From a virus, in IMG/VR virus record IMGVR_UViG_3300049139_000233, positions 28,596 through 92,595 of that record: a stretch of 64,000 bases of DNA. One strand, written 5' to 3'. Positions 18,060 to 27,075 of this stretch are shown one piece after another. A program made the translations under genes and the position numbers. The notes under the pieces were generated by a model. It made no database searches. It was not told the DNA's origin and saw nothing but the letters and a program-made list of their open reading frames with translations. The first letter of the stretch is position 1; each line of letters opens with the position of its first letter.

Positions 18060-18100
18060 CATTTAGTTAAATCCCCGATCGGTGGTTTTGTTAAACCATC
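18060..18100 (-). promoter_or_regulatory. two degenerate P-box cores
   Basis: Minus strand reads GATGGTTTAACAAAACC-N10-GGGGATTTAACTAAATG, upstream of the triple-LuxR gene. Confidence 0.35.
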
Positions 18101-19181
18101 ACAGGCCCAGCCACAGCGGATGGTCCAGGGACCAGCGCACCGTGCGCTCCAGCGACTCCTCCAGCGGAACCGGAGGCTTCCAGCCGAGGGCGGCGAGCCG
18201 CGAGCCGTCCAGGGCGTAGCGCAGGTCGTGGCCGGGCCGCGAGGAGTGGAAGGACACCGGCTCGATGAGGTCGTCCACGATGGCCGGGTCCAGGCCCATC
18301 ACGCGGCCGACCAGGTGCACCAGCTCCACGTTGTCGACTTCGCGCTCACCGACGATGTGGTACCGCTCGGGCCGGGTGAACGCCCCGTCGCTGTACCGCG
18401 CCGGGCCGGCGGCAATGCGGTACGTCTCCCCGCTCAGCGTCTGCACGTCGGGCGACCCCTCGGTGTACCGGCGCGTCAGGTGCAGCCAGGCGTCGGCGAG
18501 GTTGCGCGCGTGCAGGTAGAACCGGGAGCCCGGGGTGCCGTCGGGAGCGGTGTGCACCGTGACCGGCCGGCGATCGCGCAGCCGGCTGACGATCATGGGG
18601 AGGAACTTCTCCCGGTCCTGCATCTCCCCGATGATGTTCATGGTGTTGGTGATGACGACCGGCACGTCGTAGGTCCGCCAGTAGCTGACCGCGATGGCCT
18701 CTTGGGCGGCCTTGGACGCGCTGTACGGGTTGGACGGCACGACCGGCTCCCACTCCGTGTGCCGGTGGTCGCCGTAGGCCGGGCCGTACACCTCGTCGGT
18801 GGACATCTGGAGGAACACCCTCGGCCGGACGGACCGCGCGACCTCCAGGATGTTGAGCATCAGGGCGACGTTGTTCTGAACGAACGCTGCCGGGTCGGAT
18901 ATCGACCGGTCGACGTGCGACTCGGAGGCGACGTTCATGATGACGTCGCAGCCCTCGAACTGGTGCAGGGTCAGCGGGTCGGCCGGCGCCCGCATGTCCC
19001 AGTGGACGACGTGCACGCGTTCGGACCAGTCGGTGTCGCACACCGCCGACGCGATGCGCGCGGGGAGCCCCTTGTGCCGGAAGGACACCGGGCAGGTGAT
19101 CTCCCAGTCCGTGTTCGCCAGCAGGTGGCGCAGGACGTGGCTACCGACGAAACCCGACGCGCCCGTGAGCAGGACGTGCAT
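18099..19181 (-). CDS. NDP-sugar 4,6-dehydratase (RmlB-like extended SDR)
   Basis: Motifs: MHVLLTGASGFVGSH (GxxGxxG), MSTDEVYG, PYSASKAAQE (YxxxK). Internal ATG at 19181 follows GACCACGGAACGAGGAG. Confidence 0.8.
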   Translation of the reverse strand: MHVLLTGASGFVGSHVLRHLLANTDWEITCPVSFRHKGLPARIASAVCDTDWSERVHVVHWDMRAPADPLTLHQFEGCDVIMNVASESHVDRSISDPAAFVQNNVALMLNILEVARSVRPRVFLQMSTDEVYGPAYGDHRHTEWEPVVPSNPYSASKAAQEAIAVSYWRTYDVPVVITNTMNIIGEMQDREKFLPMIVSRLRDRRPVTVHTAPDGTPGSRFYLHARNLADAWLHLTRRYTEGSPDVQTLSGETYRIAAGPARYSDGAFTRPERYHIVGEREVDNVELVHLVGRVMGLDPAIVDDLIEPVSFHSSRPGHDLRYALDGSRLAALGWKPPVPLEESLERTVRWSLDHPLWLGL

Positions 19182-19252
19182 GGCCACTCCTCGTTCCGTG
19201 GTCTGTGAGCGTGGCCGGATGGTAGCCAGGGACTCCGAAATCACCGAACGTG

Positions 19253-19287
19253 CAGAACCCGCCCGGTGCGGCGCCGGGCGGGTTCTG
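19253..19287 (-). terminator. hairpin terminator
   Basis: CAGAACCCGCCCGG / CCGGGCGGGTTCTG, at the end of the Dpd/Que operon. Confidence 0.6.
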
Positions 19288-19378
19288 AAGCGAGGCCGTG
19301 CGCACGGGACAGATGAGCCGCGCGCCGCAGCGTCTGCCGCGTTGGTACCCGGTGCGGCGTCCGGCTACTCCCCGGCCG

Positions 19379-19855
19379 TCACCACGGGTGGATACACAGC
19401 TTGAACTGCGCGTAAAGGATCTTGCGGGGCACCTTGTCGTTGTGGCGGACCATCACCCCGAGCGGCACCCCGCGCTTGACGCCGATCTCGTGGTGCTTGG
19501 TGAACCACTGGTAGCCGCCGGTCGGGTACCGGTCGTCCCGCGCGGTGTCGTTGCGCGGGTCGGCAGTCAGCCCGAGCGGGTCCCGGATGAAGTGGTCCCT
19601 GATCTCGTTGTAGGTCCCGGCCTCCCACTGGAACTCCGCCGTCAGGTGCCCCCAGCCGTCGCACGACGGCCAGATGAGCCCGGACCGATCGTCGCCGCTG
19701 GCGGCCGTGATCCCGTCCGGCTGGAGGGGTTCGTGCATCCCGTACGGGTCGAACTGGTCCTCATCGAACGGGAACCTCAGCAGCGTGTCGGTGAGCGGCG
19801 GTATCTCCTGATCCGGCGATGCGGACAGCGAGCACACTTGCACGGTCACGGTCAC
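19379..19855 (-). CDS. hypothetical protein (158 aa)
   Basis: Only the last 158 codons of track ORF 19379..20332 look coding. GTG at 19855 follows GGGAGGA-N6. Confidence 0.55.
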   Translation of the reverse strand: MTVTVQVCSLSASPDQEIPPLTDTLLRFPFDEDQFDPYGMHEPLQPDGITAASGDDRSGLIWPSCDGWGHLTAEFQWEAGTYNEIRDHFIRDPLGLTADPRNDTARDDRYPTGGYQWFTKHHEIGVKRGVPLGVMVRHNDKVPRKILYAQFKLCIHPW

Positions 19856-19857
19856 GG

Positions 19858-20502
19858 TCAGTCCTCCCGGGGTTCGTCGTCGGTCGTCTCGGACACCACT
19901 TCGCCCTCCAGCGTCCGCAGGTGCGCGCCGGCGGCCTCCAGCATCCGCTGCCGCTGCGCGGGCTCCAGCTCGACGGCGTTCGCACCGGCCAGGATCGCCT
20001 CCACCACCACGGTGGTCTCCTCGTCCACCCGGCGGTCGAGCGCGATGGTCAGCCGCTCCGAGGAATCGGTGCCGTCGATCTTGGCCTGGCGTTCCTCGAT
20101 GCGCAGCAGCCGGTCCACGGCCGCCAGCACCGGCGCGTCGTCCCGCAGGGGGTTGCCGTCGTCGTCGCGCACGATCTGGCCCGCGTGCAGCACGTAGTGC
20201 GGCCGGGCGAGGACCGCGTGGACCTGGCGGCGCAGGCCGTCCAGCCGCATCCGCGCCGCCTCGCGGTACTCCTCCAGCCCCATGGCCAGCTCGCGGTTCG
20301 CCTGCTTCAGCGCGCGAGAGACGTCCACGCACGCAGCGGCGGCCGACGGGTTGCCGTCGGAGTCCAGATAGTGCGGCGCCATCTGCTCGGCGACCTGCTG
20401 CCAGGACAGGCCCCGGTTCTTCAGCTCGATGGCACGCGCCCGGCGCTGCGCCACCATCGCCCGGTGGCTCGGCTGGTGGCTGGGCGGATCACCCTTCGCC
20501 AT
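19858..20502 (-). CDS. HTH DNA-binding protein (possible small terminase subunit; uncertain)
   Basis: N-terminal segment QRRARAIELKNRGLSWQQVAEQM, then a coiled-coil-like middle and an acidic tail. GGGAGG RBS. It is the last-but-one gene of the Que/Dpd operon. Confidence 0.4.
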   Translation of the reverse strand: MAKGDPPSHQPSHRAMVAQRRARAIELKNRGLSWQQVAEQMAPHYLDSDGNPSAAAACVDVSRALKQANRELAMGLEEYREAARMRLDGLRRQVHAVLARPHYVLHAGQIVRDDDGNPLRDDAPVLAAVDRLLRIEERQAKIDGTDSSERLTIALDRRVDEETTVVVEAILAGANAVELEPAQRQRMLEAAGAHLRTLEGEVVSETTDDEPRED

Positions 20503-20533
20503 AGTCCTTAGCCTCCCTAACAGTTAACGATGC

Positions 20534-21136
20534 TCACCAGCCCCGCCGGGCGCCGCGCGACGGAGTGCCGATGAGATCGAACAGGTCCGCGCGCTGCTGC
20601 GGGTCGTCCAGGAACACCCCGGTGTACGAAGCGGTGACCATCACCGCCCCCGGCTTCCGCGCACCCCGGTGGGCCAGGCACCCGTGCTCCGAGCGGATCA
20701 CGCAGGCGGAGCCGAGGGTGTCCAGATGCTTGTCGAGTGCGTCGGTGACCTGCTTGGTGAGCTGTTCCTGCGTCTGGAGGCGCCGGGCGTAGACGTCCAG
20801 GACCCGGGGCAGCTTGGACAGACCTGCCACCCGCGCGCCCGGGGTGGGCAGGTAGGCGATGTCCGCCGTGCCCGTGAACGGCAGCAGGTGGTGCTCACAG
20901 ACGGACGTGAACTCCACCCCGGTCACCGCGATGGGCTGCCCGCCGCGCTCCACGTCGAAAGTGCGCTCCAGCAGCTCGCCGGCGTCCAGGGCGTAGCCGG
21001 CCGTGAACTCCTCCAGTGCCCGGAGCATACGGGCCGGCGTTCCGGCCAGGGCCTCGGAGTCGGGGTCCAGGCCCCGCCCGGCGAACCAGGTCCGCAGGCC
21101 GCTGACGAACAGGTTGTGCGCGGTCGTCTCGCTCAT
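20534..21136 (-). CDS. folE: GTP cyclohydrolase I
   Basis: Motifs: FTSVCEHHLLPF, IAYLP, LSKLPRV, QERLT-like QEQLT, CLAHRG. Confidence 0.9.
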   Translation of the reverse strand: MSETTAHNLFVSGLRTWFAGRGLDPDSEALAGTPARMLRALEEFTAGYALDAGELLERTFDVERGGQPIAVTGVEFTSVCEHHLLPFTGTADIAYLPTPGARVAGLSKLPRVLDVYARRLQTQEQLTKQVTDALDKHLDTLGSACVIRSEHGCLAHRGARKPGAVMVTASYTGVFLDDPQQRADLFDLIGTPSRGARRGW

Positions 21137-21849
21137 CGGCCTCTCTCATCTCCCCACGCGTGGACGTGCAGGCGCGTGGTCACGTTGAATCCGGCTCGGA
21201 TCGCGGGCTCCGCGATCTCGGACAGGTGGCGGGACAAGGTGGCGGAGTCCGTGCCCTCGGGCATGACCCACACCCGGCGGGCGGGGATCCCGTGTGCGGC
21301 CGTCAGCTCCACCGTTCCGGCGACGTCGCCGGCGTCGCGGCACACGACCTTGAACGCCGCCTTCCCCGTGGCGGCCAGGGCCTTGAGCGCCGTGCCGTTG
21401 ACGCGCCGGTCCCCGGCGACCCCGGAGTGCGCCAGCTTGGGCGAGACGACGAACCGGGTCAGCAGCCGAGCCGTCTCCTCGCTCGGTTCCACCGTGCCGT
21501 TCGTCTCCGCCTCCACCCGGATCCCGGCGCCGGTCAGGCCGCGCAGAACAGCTCCCCAGCCCGGGTAGCCCTGCTGGAGCAGGGGTTCGCCCCCGGAGAC
21601 GATGACGAACCGGACTCCGGTGGCCAGCAGCCGGTCCACGATCATGTCCGCGTCCATGCGCCGCAGCTCAGCGCGCAGGTCGTGCCGCGAGGCGTCCCAC
21701 GTCCACGGGGTGTCACACCACGAGCAAGTGAGGTTGCAGCCGCCGAGCCGCAGGAACGCACACCGCTGGCCCAGCGTCGGGCCCTCGCCGGACACCGTCG
21801 GCCCGAAGATCTCCGAGACGACCAGGGACGGCCGCGCCGGCGCGGTCAC
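21133..21849 (-). CDS. queE: 7-carboxy-7-deazaguanine synthase (radical SAM)
   Basis: Motifs: IFGPTVSGEGPTLGQRCAFLRLGGCNLTCSWCDTPWTW. Coupled to the neighbouring genes by 4-nt overlaps. Confidence 0.9.
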   Translation of the reverse strand: MTAPARPSLVVSEIFGPTVSGEGPTLGQRCAFLRLGGCNLTCSWCDTPWTWDASRHDLRAELRRMDADMIVDRLLATGVRFVIVSGGEPLLQQGYPGWGAVLRGLTGAGIRVEAETNGTVEPSEETARLLTRFVVSPKLAHSGVAGDRRVNGTALKALAATGKAAFKVVCRDAGDVAGTVELTAAHGIPARRVWVMPEGTDSATLSRHLSEIAEPAIRAGFNVTTRLHVHAWGDERGR

Positions 21850-22283
21850 GGTGACTCACCCGTCCAAGACGCCTCGTTGACGGCCGTCTCCCGCACGTCT
21901 ACGTTCACCACGCGGGCGCCGTTGGCGTGGTCCACTGTGGCGAGGATCCCCGAGGCGACGGACGCCAGCAGCTCTGCTGTCGCCTCCACCGTCGGCCACG
22001 AGTCCTCGAACTCGAACACCTTGGAGCCCATCGAGCACAGCACGGGCAGCAGCGGGTCGGCAGTACCGAGCATCGCGCCGTGGTCCAGGTGGTGATCGAT
22101 CCACTCGCGAACGGCGCGCTTGAACGCGCCGAACTCCACGACGATGCCGTCCGCGTTCAGGGCCGGGGCCGCCACGGTGATCTCCACCCACCAGGAGTGG
22201 CCGTGCAGGTTGAAGCACTTGCCGCCCAGCTCGGGCAGCCGGTGGGCGGTCTCGAAGTTGTGCCGGACCGTGACGCTGTTCAT
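21846..22283 (-). CDS. queD: 6-carboxy-5,6,7,8-tetrahydropterin synthase
   Basis: Internal ATG at 22283 (ATGA overlap with queC). Sequence: NFETAHRLPELGGKCFNLHGHSWWVEI. Confidence 0.9.
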   Translation of the reverse strand: MNSVTVRHNFETAHRLPELGGKCFNLHGHSWWVEITVAAPALNADGIVVEFGAFKRAVREWIDHHLDHGAMLGTADPLLPVLCSMGSKVFEFEDSWPTVEATAELLASVASGILATVDHANGARVVNVDVRETAVNEASWTGESP

Positions 22284-22954
22284 GCCGCGTACTCCGTGGG
22301 GTCGGTGAGCCCGGCGTCGGCAAACGCCTCCTTGCGCTCGGTGCACGTCCCGCAGGTGCCGCAGTGCACGGCGCCACCCTTGTAGCAGGACCAGGACATG
22401 CCCACCGGGGCGCCGATGCGCTCCGCGTAGGCGGCTATCTCCGTCTTCGTCATGCCGACGAACGGAGTGACGATCTGTGGGACGTGCAGACCCTTGAGCG
22501 CGACAGCCGCCAGCTCCCGCAGCGCGTCCACGAACTCGGGGCGGCAGTCCGGGTACACGGCGCGGTCGCCGGCGTGAATACCGAGGCCGATCAGCTCCGC
22601 GCCCCGGGCCGAGGCGACCCCCAGCGCGATGGACGCCATGATGGCGTTGCGGTTGGGCACTACGGTGGACTTCATCGACTCGTCCTCGTAGTGACCGTCC
22701 GGGACGTCCACGGTCTCGTCGGTGAGGGAAGAGCCGGGCAGCAGCGGGGCGAGGGAGGACAGGTCCACCGTGCAATGCTCCGCGCCGAGGTAGCCGGCGA
22801 TCCCGGCCGCCGCCTCCAGCTCCCGGGCTCGGTGCCGCTGGCCGTAGTTGAAGGACAGCAGCAGCAGGTCGTACTCCTTGCGCACGTAGTGTGCCGCCAG
22901 AGTCGTTGAGTCCATGCCCCCGGAGAACGAGAGCACGGCGAGCGGTTTGGTCAC
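22280..22954 (-). CDS. queC: 7-cyano-7-deazaguanine (preQ0) synthase
   Basis: PP-loop LSFSGGMDSTTL and C-terminal Zn cluster CYKGGAVHCGTCGTCTERKEAF. Confidence 0.9.
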   Translation of the reverse strand: MTKPLAVLSFSGGMDSTTLAAHYVRKEYDLLLLSFNYGQRHRARELEAAAGIAGYLGAEHCTVDLSSLAPLLPGSSLTDETVDVPDGHYEDESMKSTVVPNRNAIMASIALGVASARGAELIGLGIHAGDRAVYPDCRPEFVDALRELAAVALKGLHVPQIVTPFVGMTKTEIAAYAERIGAPVGMSWSCYKGGAVHCGTCGTCTERKEAFADAGLTDPTEYAA

Positions 22955-23859
22955 GGAGTTTCCTTCCGTAGGTCAGCGGCGATGGCCTGGGCCGCCGGGG
23001 TGAAGTTGCTGATGGTCGTGTCGGCGAGGAACAGACAGGTGCCGCGCGAGGTCCAGCCGGGCGGCGGTGCGACGTCGTGGCGTTGCTGAAGCCATCGCCC
23101 GAGCCGGTGGTACGCGACGGCCGGGGTGCCGCGCATCATCCGGTCCTCGCGGCGGAACTGTTCAGGTGCCTTACCGGTCTTGAGGCCGAAACCGGGACGG
23201 CCGACAACAGCAGGGTCGGCGCCGTGCGCGCGGATAAGCCGTGCCTGCCGGCGCACCCTCTCCGGATTGCCTGCCGACACCTGAACGATGCGCCCCGCAC
23301 GGCCGTCAAAGAGCTTGAACAGGCCGAACTTGGCTCCATGACTCCAGGTGGACGAGTCCACGCTGTAGAACGGCAGCGAGGACATGACCGTGATGTTGGT
23401 CTGGCCGAAGCCGTGGAAGACGGTTCCGTGCGCGGCTCCGATGCGGAAGCAACGCACCAGCCAGCGCATGACCTCGCCGTACATCCGCGTGTACGGCACC
23501 ATGCCGCCCAGAGCGACGTACCGGTACTGCGCACACAGCTTCTCCAGCCGCTCCCACGGAGACCCGACGTGGAAGACGGGGAGTACCTTCAGGCCCATGT
23601 CCTCCAGCGCGAGGGTGTTGCGCTGAGTCGCGTCCGGGTCGCCGATGACGTCCAGGGTCGCCGCCGTGGTGACGAGGTGCTGCCAGTCCTTCAGCCAGGC
23701 CGCGTAGTCGGCAAGGCGAATGGTCGAGCCGAGCGTGGCGGCAGAGAAGGCTCCCGAATCGGCGAACACCTCCACGGGGGCTCCGCCGGCGGCGTCCGCG
23801 ATGGCCTGGAGATCCTTGCCCCGGCCGTAGTGGAACGACATCAGGAAGCGGAACGTCAC
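22951..23859 (-). CDS. dpdA: DpdA-like DNA/tRNA-guanine transglycosylase paralog 1
   Basis: GTG at 23859 overlaps the upstream stop (GTGA). TGT-like motifs VFADSGAFS (compare TGT DSGGF) and YVALGGMVPY. It aligns along its length with the neighbouring paralog. Confidence 0.75.
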   Translation of the reverse strand: MTFRFLMSFHYGRGKDLQAIADAAGGAPVEVFADSGAFSAATLGSTIRLADYAAWLKDWQHLVTTAATLDVIGDPDATQRNTLALEDMGLKVLPVFHVGSPWERLEKLCAQYRYVALGGMVPYTRMYGEVMRWLVRCFRIGAAHGTVFHGFGQTNITVMSSLPFYSVDSSTWSHGAKFGLFKLFDGRAGRIVQVSAGNPERVRRQARLIRAHGADPAVVGRPGFGLKTGKAPEQFRREDRMMRGTPAVAYHRLGRWLQQRHDVAPPPGWTSRGTCLFLADTTISNFTPAAQAIAADLRKETP

Positions 23860-24785
23860 ACCACACCCCCTGGGGCGTTGTCCCGCTCGATCCTCAACGC
23901 ACGTGCAGCCTGCTTGAACCGGGCCGGGTTGGCGTCCGCGAGGAAGAGGACCGTCCCCGGGTGCTCCCAGCCGAGGGGCGCGGGTACCTGGTGGCGTTTC
24001 GCCAGCCACTGCCCAAGACGGTAGAAGGCCACGGCCGGAGCCCCGCGCATCATCTGCGTCTCGACTGCGTGCTGCTTTGGAGTCCTGTGGGGGGACTGGG
24101 CGAAGCCCGGCCGGCCGACCAGAGCCGGGTCCGCCCCGTGAGAGCGCATCAGCGTCGCGTACCTGCGCGCCTGCGCCGGGTGGGAGACCTGCACCTGCAC
24201 GATCCGGGCCTTGCGCTCGTCCCACAAAGGGAGCTGGCCGAAGCGTGAGCCCGCGCCCCAGGCGGAGGAGTCGACACTGTAGAACGGCAACGCGGCGAGG
24301 GTGGCAACCTTGGTTTGTCCGAACCCGTGGAACACGGTCCCTTGCTCCGCTCCGATGCGGAAGCACCGGATGAGCCACCGCAACACCTCATCGGAGTACT
24401 TGGCGTACGGCACCATGCCGCCAAGCGCGAGATACGGGTACGCCTTGCACAGCCTCTCCAGCTCGGACCAGGGCGAACCGACGTGGAAGGTGGGCAGGAC
24501 GGTAAGGCCGGCCGACAGTAGAGCCTCAGTGTTGCGGTGCGTGGCGTCTGGGTCGCCGATGACGTCCAGGGTCGCCGCCGTGGTGATGACCTGGGACCAC
24601 TCCTCCAGCCAGGCCGCGTAGTCCTTCAGGTGCACAGTGGCGCCGACGTTGGCGACGGAGAAGGCGCCCGAGTCGGCGAAGACCTCCACCGGTCCGCCGT
24701 AGAGCGCACGCAGCTCCATCACCAGCTCCGCCAGATCGACGTTGCGGAAGAAGGCGTAGGAGAGCAGGCAGCGCAGCGGGGTCAC
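23856..24785 (-). CDS. dpdA: DpdA-like DNA/tRNA-guanine transglycosylase paralog 2
   Basis: GTG at 24785 overlaps the ParB-like stop (GTGA). Motifs: VFADSGAFS, YLALGGMVPY, FHGFGQT, PFYSVDSS. Confidence 0.75.
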   Translation of the reverse strand: MTPLRCLLSYAFFRNVDLAELVMELRALYGGPVEVFADSGAFSVANVGATVHLKDYAAWLEEWSQVITTAATLDVIGDPDATHRNTEALLSAGLTVLPTFHVGSPWSELERLCKAYPYLALGGMVPYAKYSDEVLRWLIRCFRIGAEQGTVFHGFGQTKVATLAALPFYSVDSSAWGAGSRFGQLPLWDERKARIVQVQVSHPAQARRYATLMRSHGADPALVGRPGFAQSPHRTPKQHAVETQMMRGAPAVAFYRLGQWLAKRHQVPAPLGWEHPGTVLFLADANPARFKQAARALRIERDNAPGGVV

Positions 24786-25468
24786 TCGGCCGCCTTCACC
24801 CGCTGCACCAGGAACATGAAGCGCACCGAGTCGTCGGACGGGTCCTCGCAGTCCTTCGTCAGCTCCATGAAGTCGTCCCGGACGGCCGGCGGAACGCGCA
24901 CCCGGATGACGGGCCACAGGTCGGTCTCCTGGGGCTCGCCGTACTCCTCGGCGAGGTCGTCCAAAGACGGAGGGGGTTCGACGGCCGGAGGCAGTGAGGT
25001 GAACAGGTCCGCGTCGGACGGCTCGTACCCGGTGCCCACCAGGTCGTCCTCCAGCGAGGCGAGCAGGGCCGCCAGGGACGCGTCGTCGTAGGTGCCGTCG
25101 TCGGCGGCCTTGTTGTCCACCAGGTTGATGCGCGTGGCGGTCGCGTCGTCGCACTCGATGAGGTGCGCGAGCGCCGTCGGGTCGTCGGCGTCCACGTCCA
25201 CGCAGAGCTGGCACGGCCGGTCGTTGGACAGCTCCCAGTCCTGGCACGCCTCGCGGCCGGACTCCTCGTGCCGCAGCAGCGCGAGGTACGTGTGGTTCCC
25301 GGCGAGGATGCTCAGGGTCTCGCCGTGCCGGCGCACCGTGAGCGGCTTGTACTGGCCGTTCGCGCGCAGGGAGTCGAGGATCACGTCCACGTTGCCCCGG
25401 CGTGCGTTGCCCTCGAACGGCGTGAGGTCTTCCAGGGGGACCCGCTCGGTCCCGATGGTCGTGGTCAT
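24782..25468 (-). CDS. ParB/Srx-like N-terminal-domain protein (possible DpdB-like accessory factor)
   Basis: ATG at 25468 follows GGAGGA-N7. ParB box: LEDLTPFEGNARRGNVDVILDSLRANGQYKPLTVRRHGETLSILAGNHTYLAL. Confidence 0.7.
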   Translation of the reverse strand: MTTTIGTERVPLEDLTPFEGNARRGNVDVILDSLRANGQYKPLTVRRHGETLSILAGNHTYLALLRHEESGREACQDWELSNDRPCQLCVDVDADDPTALAHLIECDDATATRINLVDNKAADDGTYDDASLAALLASLEDDLVGTGYEPSDADLFTSLPPAVEPPPSLDDLAEEYGEPQETDLWPVIRVRVPPAVRDDFMELTKDCEDPSDDSVRFMFLVQRVKAAE

Positions 25469-25543
25469 CGTTGCGTCCTCCACCTGGTCGACGGACGCGG
25501 CGATGTTAAGACCGCACAGGGTCATGATCGTTCCGGAGCACGG

Positions 25544-25577
25544 CGAAGCCCCGGGCCGCGAGGGCTCCGGGGCTTCG
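25544..25577 (-). terminator. hairpin terminator
   Basis: CGAAGCCCCGG / CCGGGGCTTCG. Confidence 0.6.
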
Positions 25578-25592
25578 TGGTCTGCCGGACAG

Positions 25593-25784
25593 TCAGTCCG
25601 GCGGGGCTTCCGTCACAGTGACGCAGGGCGAGTCGTCGCGGTCGTAGAACGCGTCCTCAATCCAGCCGGCCGCGACGCGGGGCAGCTCGCGGTCTTCGTA
25701 GTAGTACTCCTCGCGCGCCATCCGTCCGGAGTCCGGACCGTTCCAGACGATGTCCACGACCAGCCGCGTACGCCGCTCAGCCAT
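25593..25784 (-). CDS. hypothetical protein (63 aa)
   Basis: Balanced acidic composition; terminator at 25544..25577 immediately downstream. Confidence 0.55.
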   Translation of the reverse strand: MAERRTRLVVDIVWNGPDSGRMAREEYYYEDRELPRVAAGWIEDAFYDRDDSPCVTVTEAPPD

Positions 25785-26163
25785 CGATCCTCAGCTCCTT
25801 CATGCGCTCACGGGAGGTCAGTTCCTTGCAGCCGCACGGCCCGACCCCGGGGACGTGGTCCGGGCACGGATCGCTGTGCCGCAGGTGGCCGCAACCAGGG
25901 CACACCTGTTCCCCCGCTGACTGAACCGTACGGCCCGGGATGGCCACGCCGCGCATGAACGCGAACAGGTCCCCCTTGCAGCCGGGACACAGCTCCCGGT
26001 CCCGCAGCTCACCGTCCTCGGTCGGCAGGCGGGGCCGGGTCCAGCCGTCCGGCAGCTCGGGCCGCGCCGTCGGGATACCGGGGCCGGTGAGTCCGGCGAA
26101 CAGCATCACGCTGCCGGTCTGCTCCTGGAATCCGCAGCGGTCGCACTCCAAGTGGACGCTCAC
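25777..26163 (-). CDS. hypothetical Zn-ribbon protein (128 aa)
   Basis: GTG at 26163 follows GAGGTGG-N6. Contains CDRCG...CPGCK...CPGCGH...CGC. Confidence 0.55.
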   Translation of the reverse strand: MSVHLECDRCGFQEQTGSVMLFAGLTGPGIPTARPELPDGWTRPRLPTEDGELRDRELCPGCKGDLFAFMRGVAIPGRTVQSAGEQVCPGCGHLRHSDPCPDHVPGVGPCGCKELTSRERMKELRIDG

Positions 26164-26164
26164 T

Positions 26165-26464
26165 TCAGACCACCTCGCCGTTGACCGTGGGTTCCGGAGC
26201 GTGGTCTCCCTCGCACCGGGTGCCGCACTTCTGGCACTCGGCGGCCACTTCCTCACAGGCCGCGACGATGACGTGCGCCGGGACAGCAGTGTCGAACTTA
26301 AGGGTGTAGGCCTCTCCCGGGGCCGTAACCCGAGAGTCGGTCATCGTGACGGACCACCGCGCGCCGTTCTTGTGCCAGGCCAGATAGTCGCCGTCCGGAG
26401 TCCAGCCGTGGAACTCCTCCAGCTCCTCCGACACGTCCTCACGGGCACTCCAGTCACCGCTCAC
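26165..26464 (-). CDS. hypothetical protein (99 aa)
   Basis: GTG at 26464 overlaps the upstream stop (GTGA). Acidic, balanced composition. Confidence 0.6.
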   Translation of the reverse strand: MSGDWSAREDVSEELEEFHGWTPDGDYLAWHKNGARWSVTMTDSRVTAPGEAYTLKFDTAVPAHVIVAACEEVAAECQKCGTRCEGDHAPEPTVNGEVV

Positions 26465-27075
26465 GCTTCAGCCCTCGTTTCCTTGATCCTCCGGCCGGCC
26501 GCGTGGTCGGCGTCGCGCCGGGCGTGCTCCGAGCCGTCGTAGTCGACGCGCAGGCCGTCGTCGCCGACCGTGGTCCGGCTGCCGAGGCACAGGGCGACGT
26601 CGTCCGGCGTCAGCCGGGTGCGGGTGACGGACGTGATCTCCAGCGCCTTGGCCACCTCGTCGCCATACAGCACGACGAACTTACCGCCACGATTCATCGC
26701 CTTGTCGTAGTACGCGGCCGGCTTGCGCCCCAGCGCCCTCTCCAGCCGCTCGCGCGCCCGGTGCGAGTTGACCGCCAGGACGGTGCCTTTCGGCTCCACC
26801 ATGAGGACATGCGCCCGCTCGGGGATCTCCTGCGTCTCCACGCGACCGTCGTGGCCCCGACAGGTGATGACGTCGCCGTCCCGGGCCGTCACGGTCCACG
26901 CGGTGCCGCCGGGCGGCTCGCACCCCATGAGGGGCCGCACCTGGCCGTCCCGGCCCACGGTGTACGCCGTGAACGCCCCGAGGCCCGACACGAACACGTC
27001 CCCGACGGCCAAGTCCCGGGCGGGCCGGTCGCGCAGGTCGCTCCAGTCGTAGCCGTGTCCCCCGGTCTCGCTCAT
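26461..27075 (-). CDS. hypothetical protein (204 aa)
   Basis: Internal ATG at 27075 follows GACCAAGGAAGCGAGGAACGAGGA; ATGA overlap with the upstream gene. Confidence 0.6.
   Translation of the reverse strand: MSETGGHGYDWSDLRDRPARDLAVGDVFVSGLGAFTAYTVGRDGQVRPLMGCEPPGGTAWTVTARDGDVITCRGHDGRVETQEIPERAHVLMVEPKGTVLAVNSHRARERLERALGRKPAAYYDKAMNRGGKFVVLYGDEVAKALEITSVTRTRLTPDDVALCLGSRTTVGDDGLRVDYDGSEHARRDADHAAGRRIKETRAEA

Noticed and set aside
19379-20332. 317-aa ORF spanning the TerS-like gene
   Set aside because: Its first roughly 160 residues are Arg/Gly/Pro junk out of frame with the sensible 19858..20502 gene. Only the distal 158 codons (from GTG 19855) look coding.
22951-25247. Long N-terminal extensions of the two DpdA ORFs in the track (475 and 463 aa)
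   Set aside because: The first roughly 150-170 residues are Arg/Pro/Gly junk that overlaps the upstream gene. GTG starts at 23859 and 24785 give GTGA coupling and paralogs of equal length.
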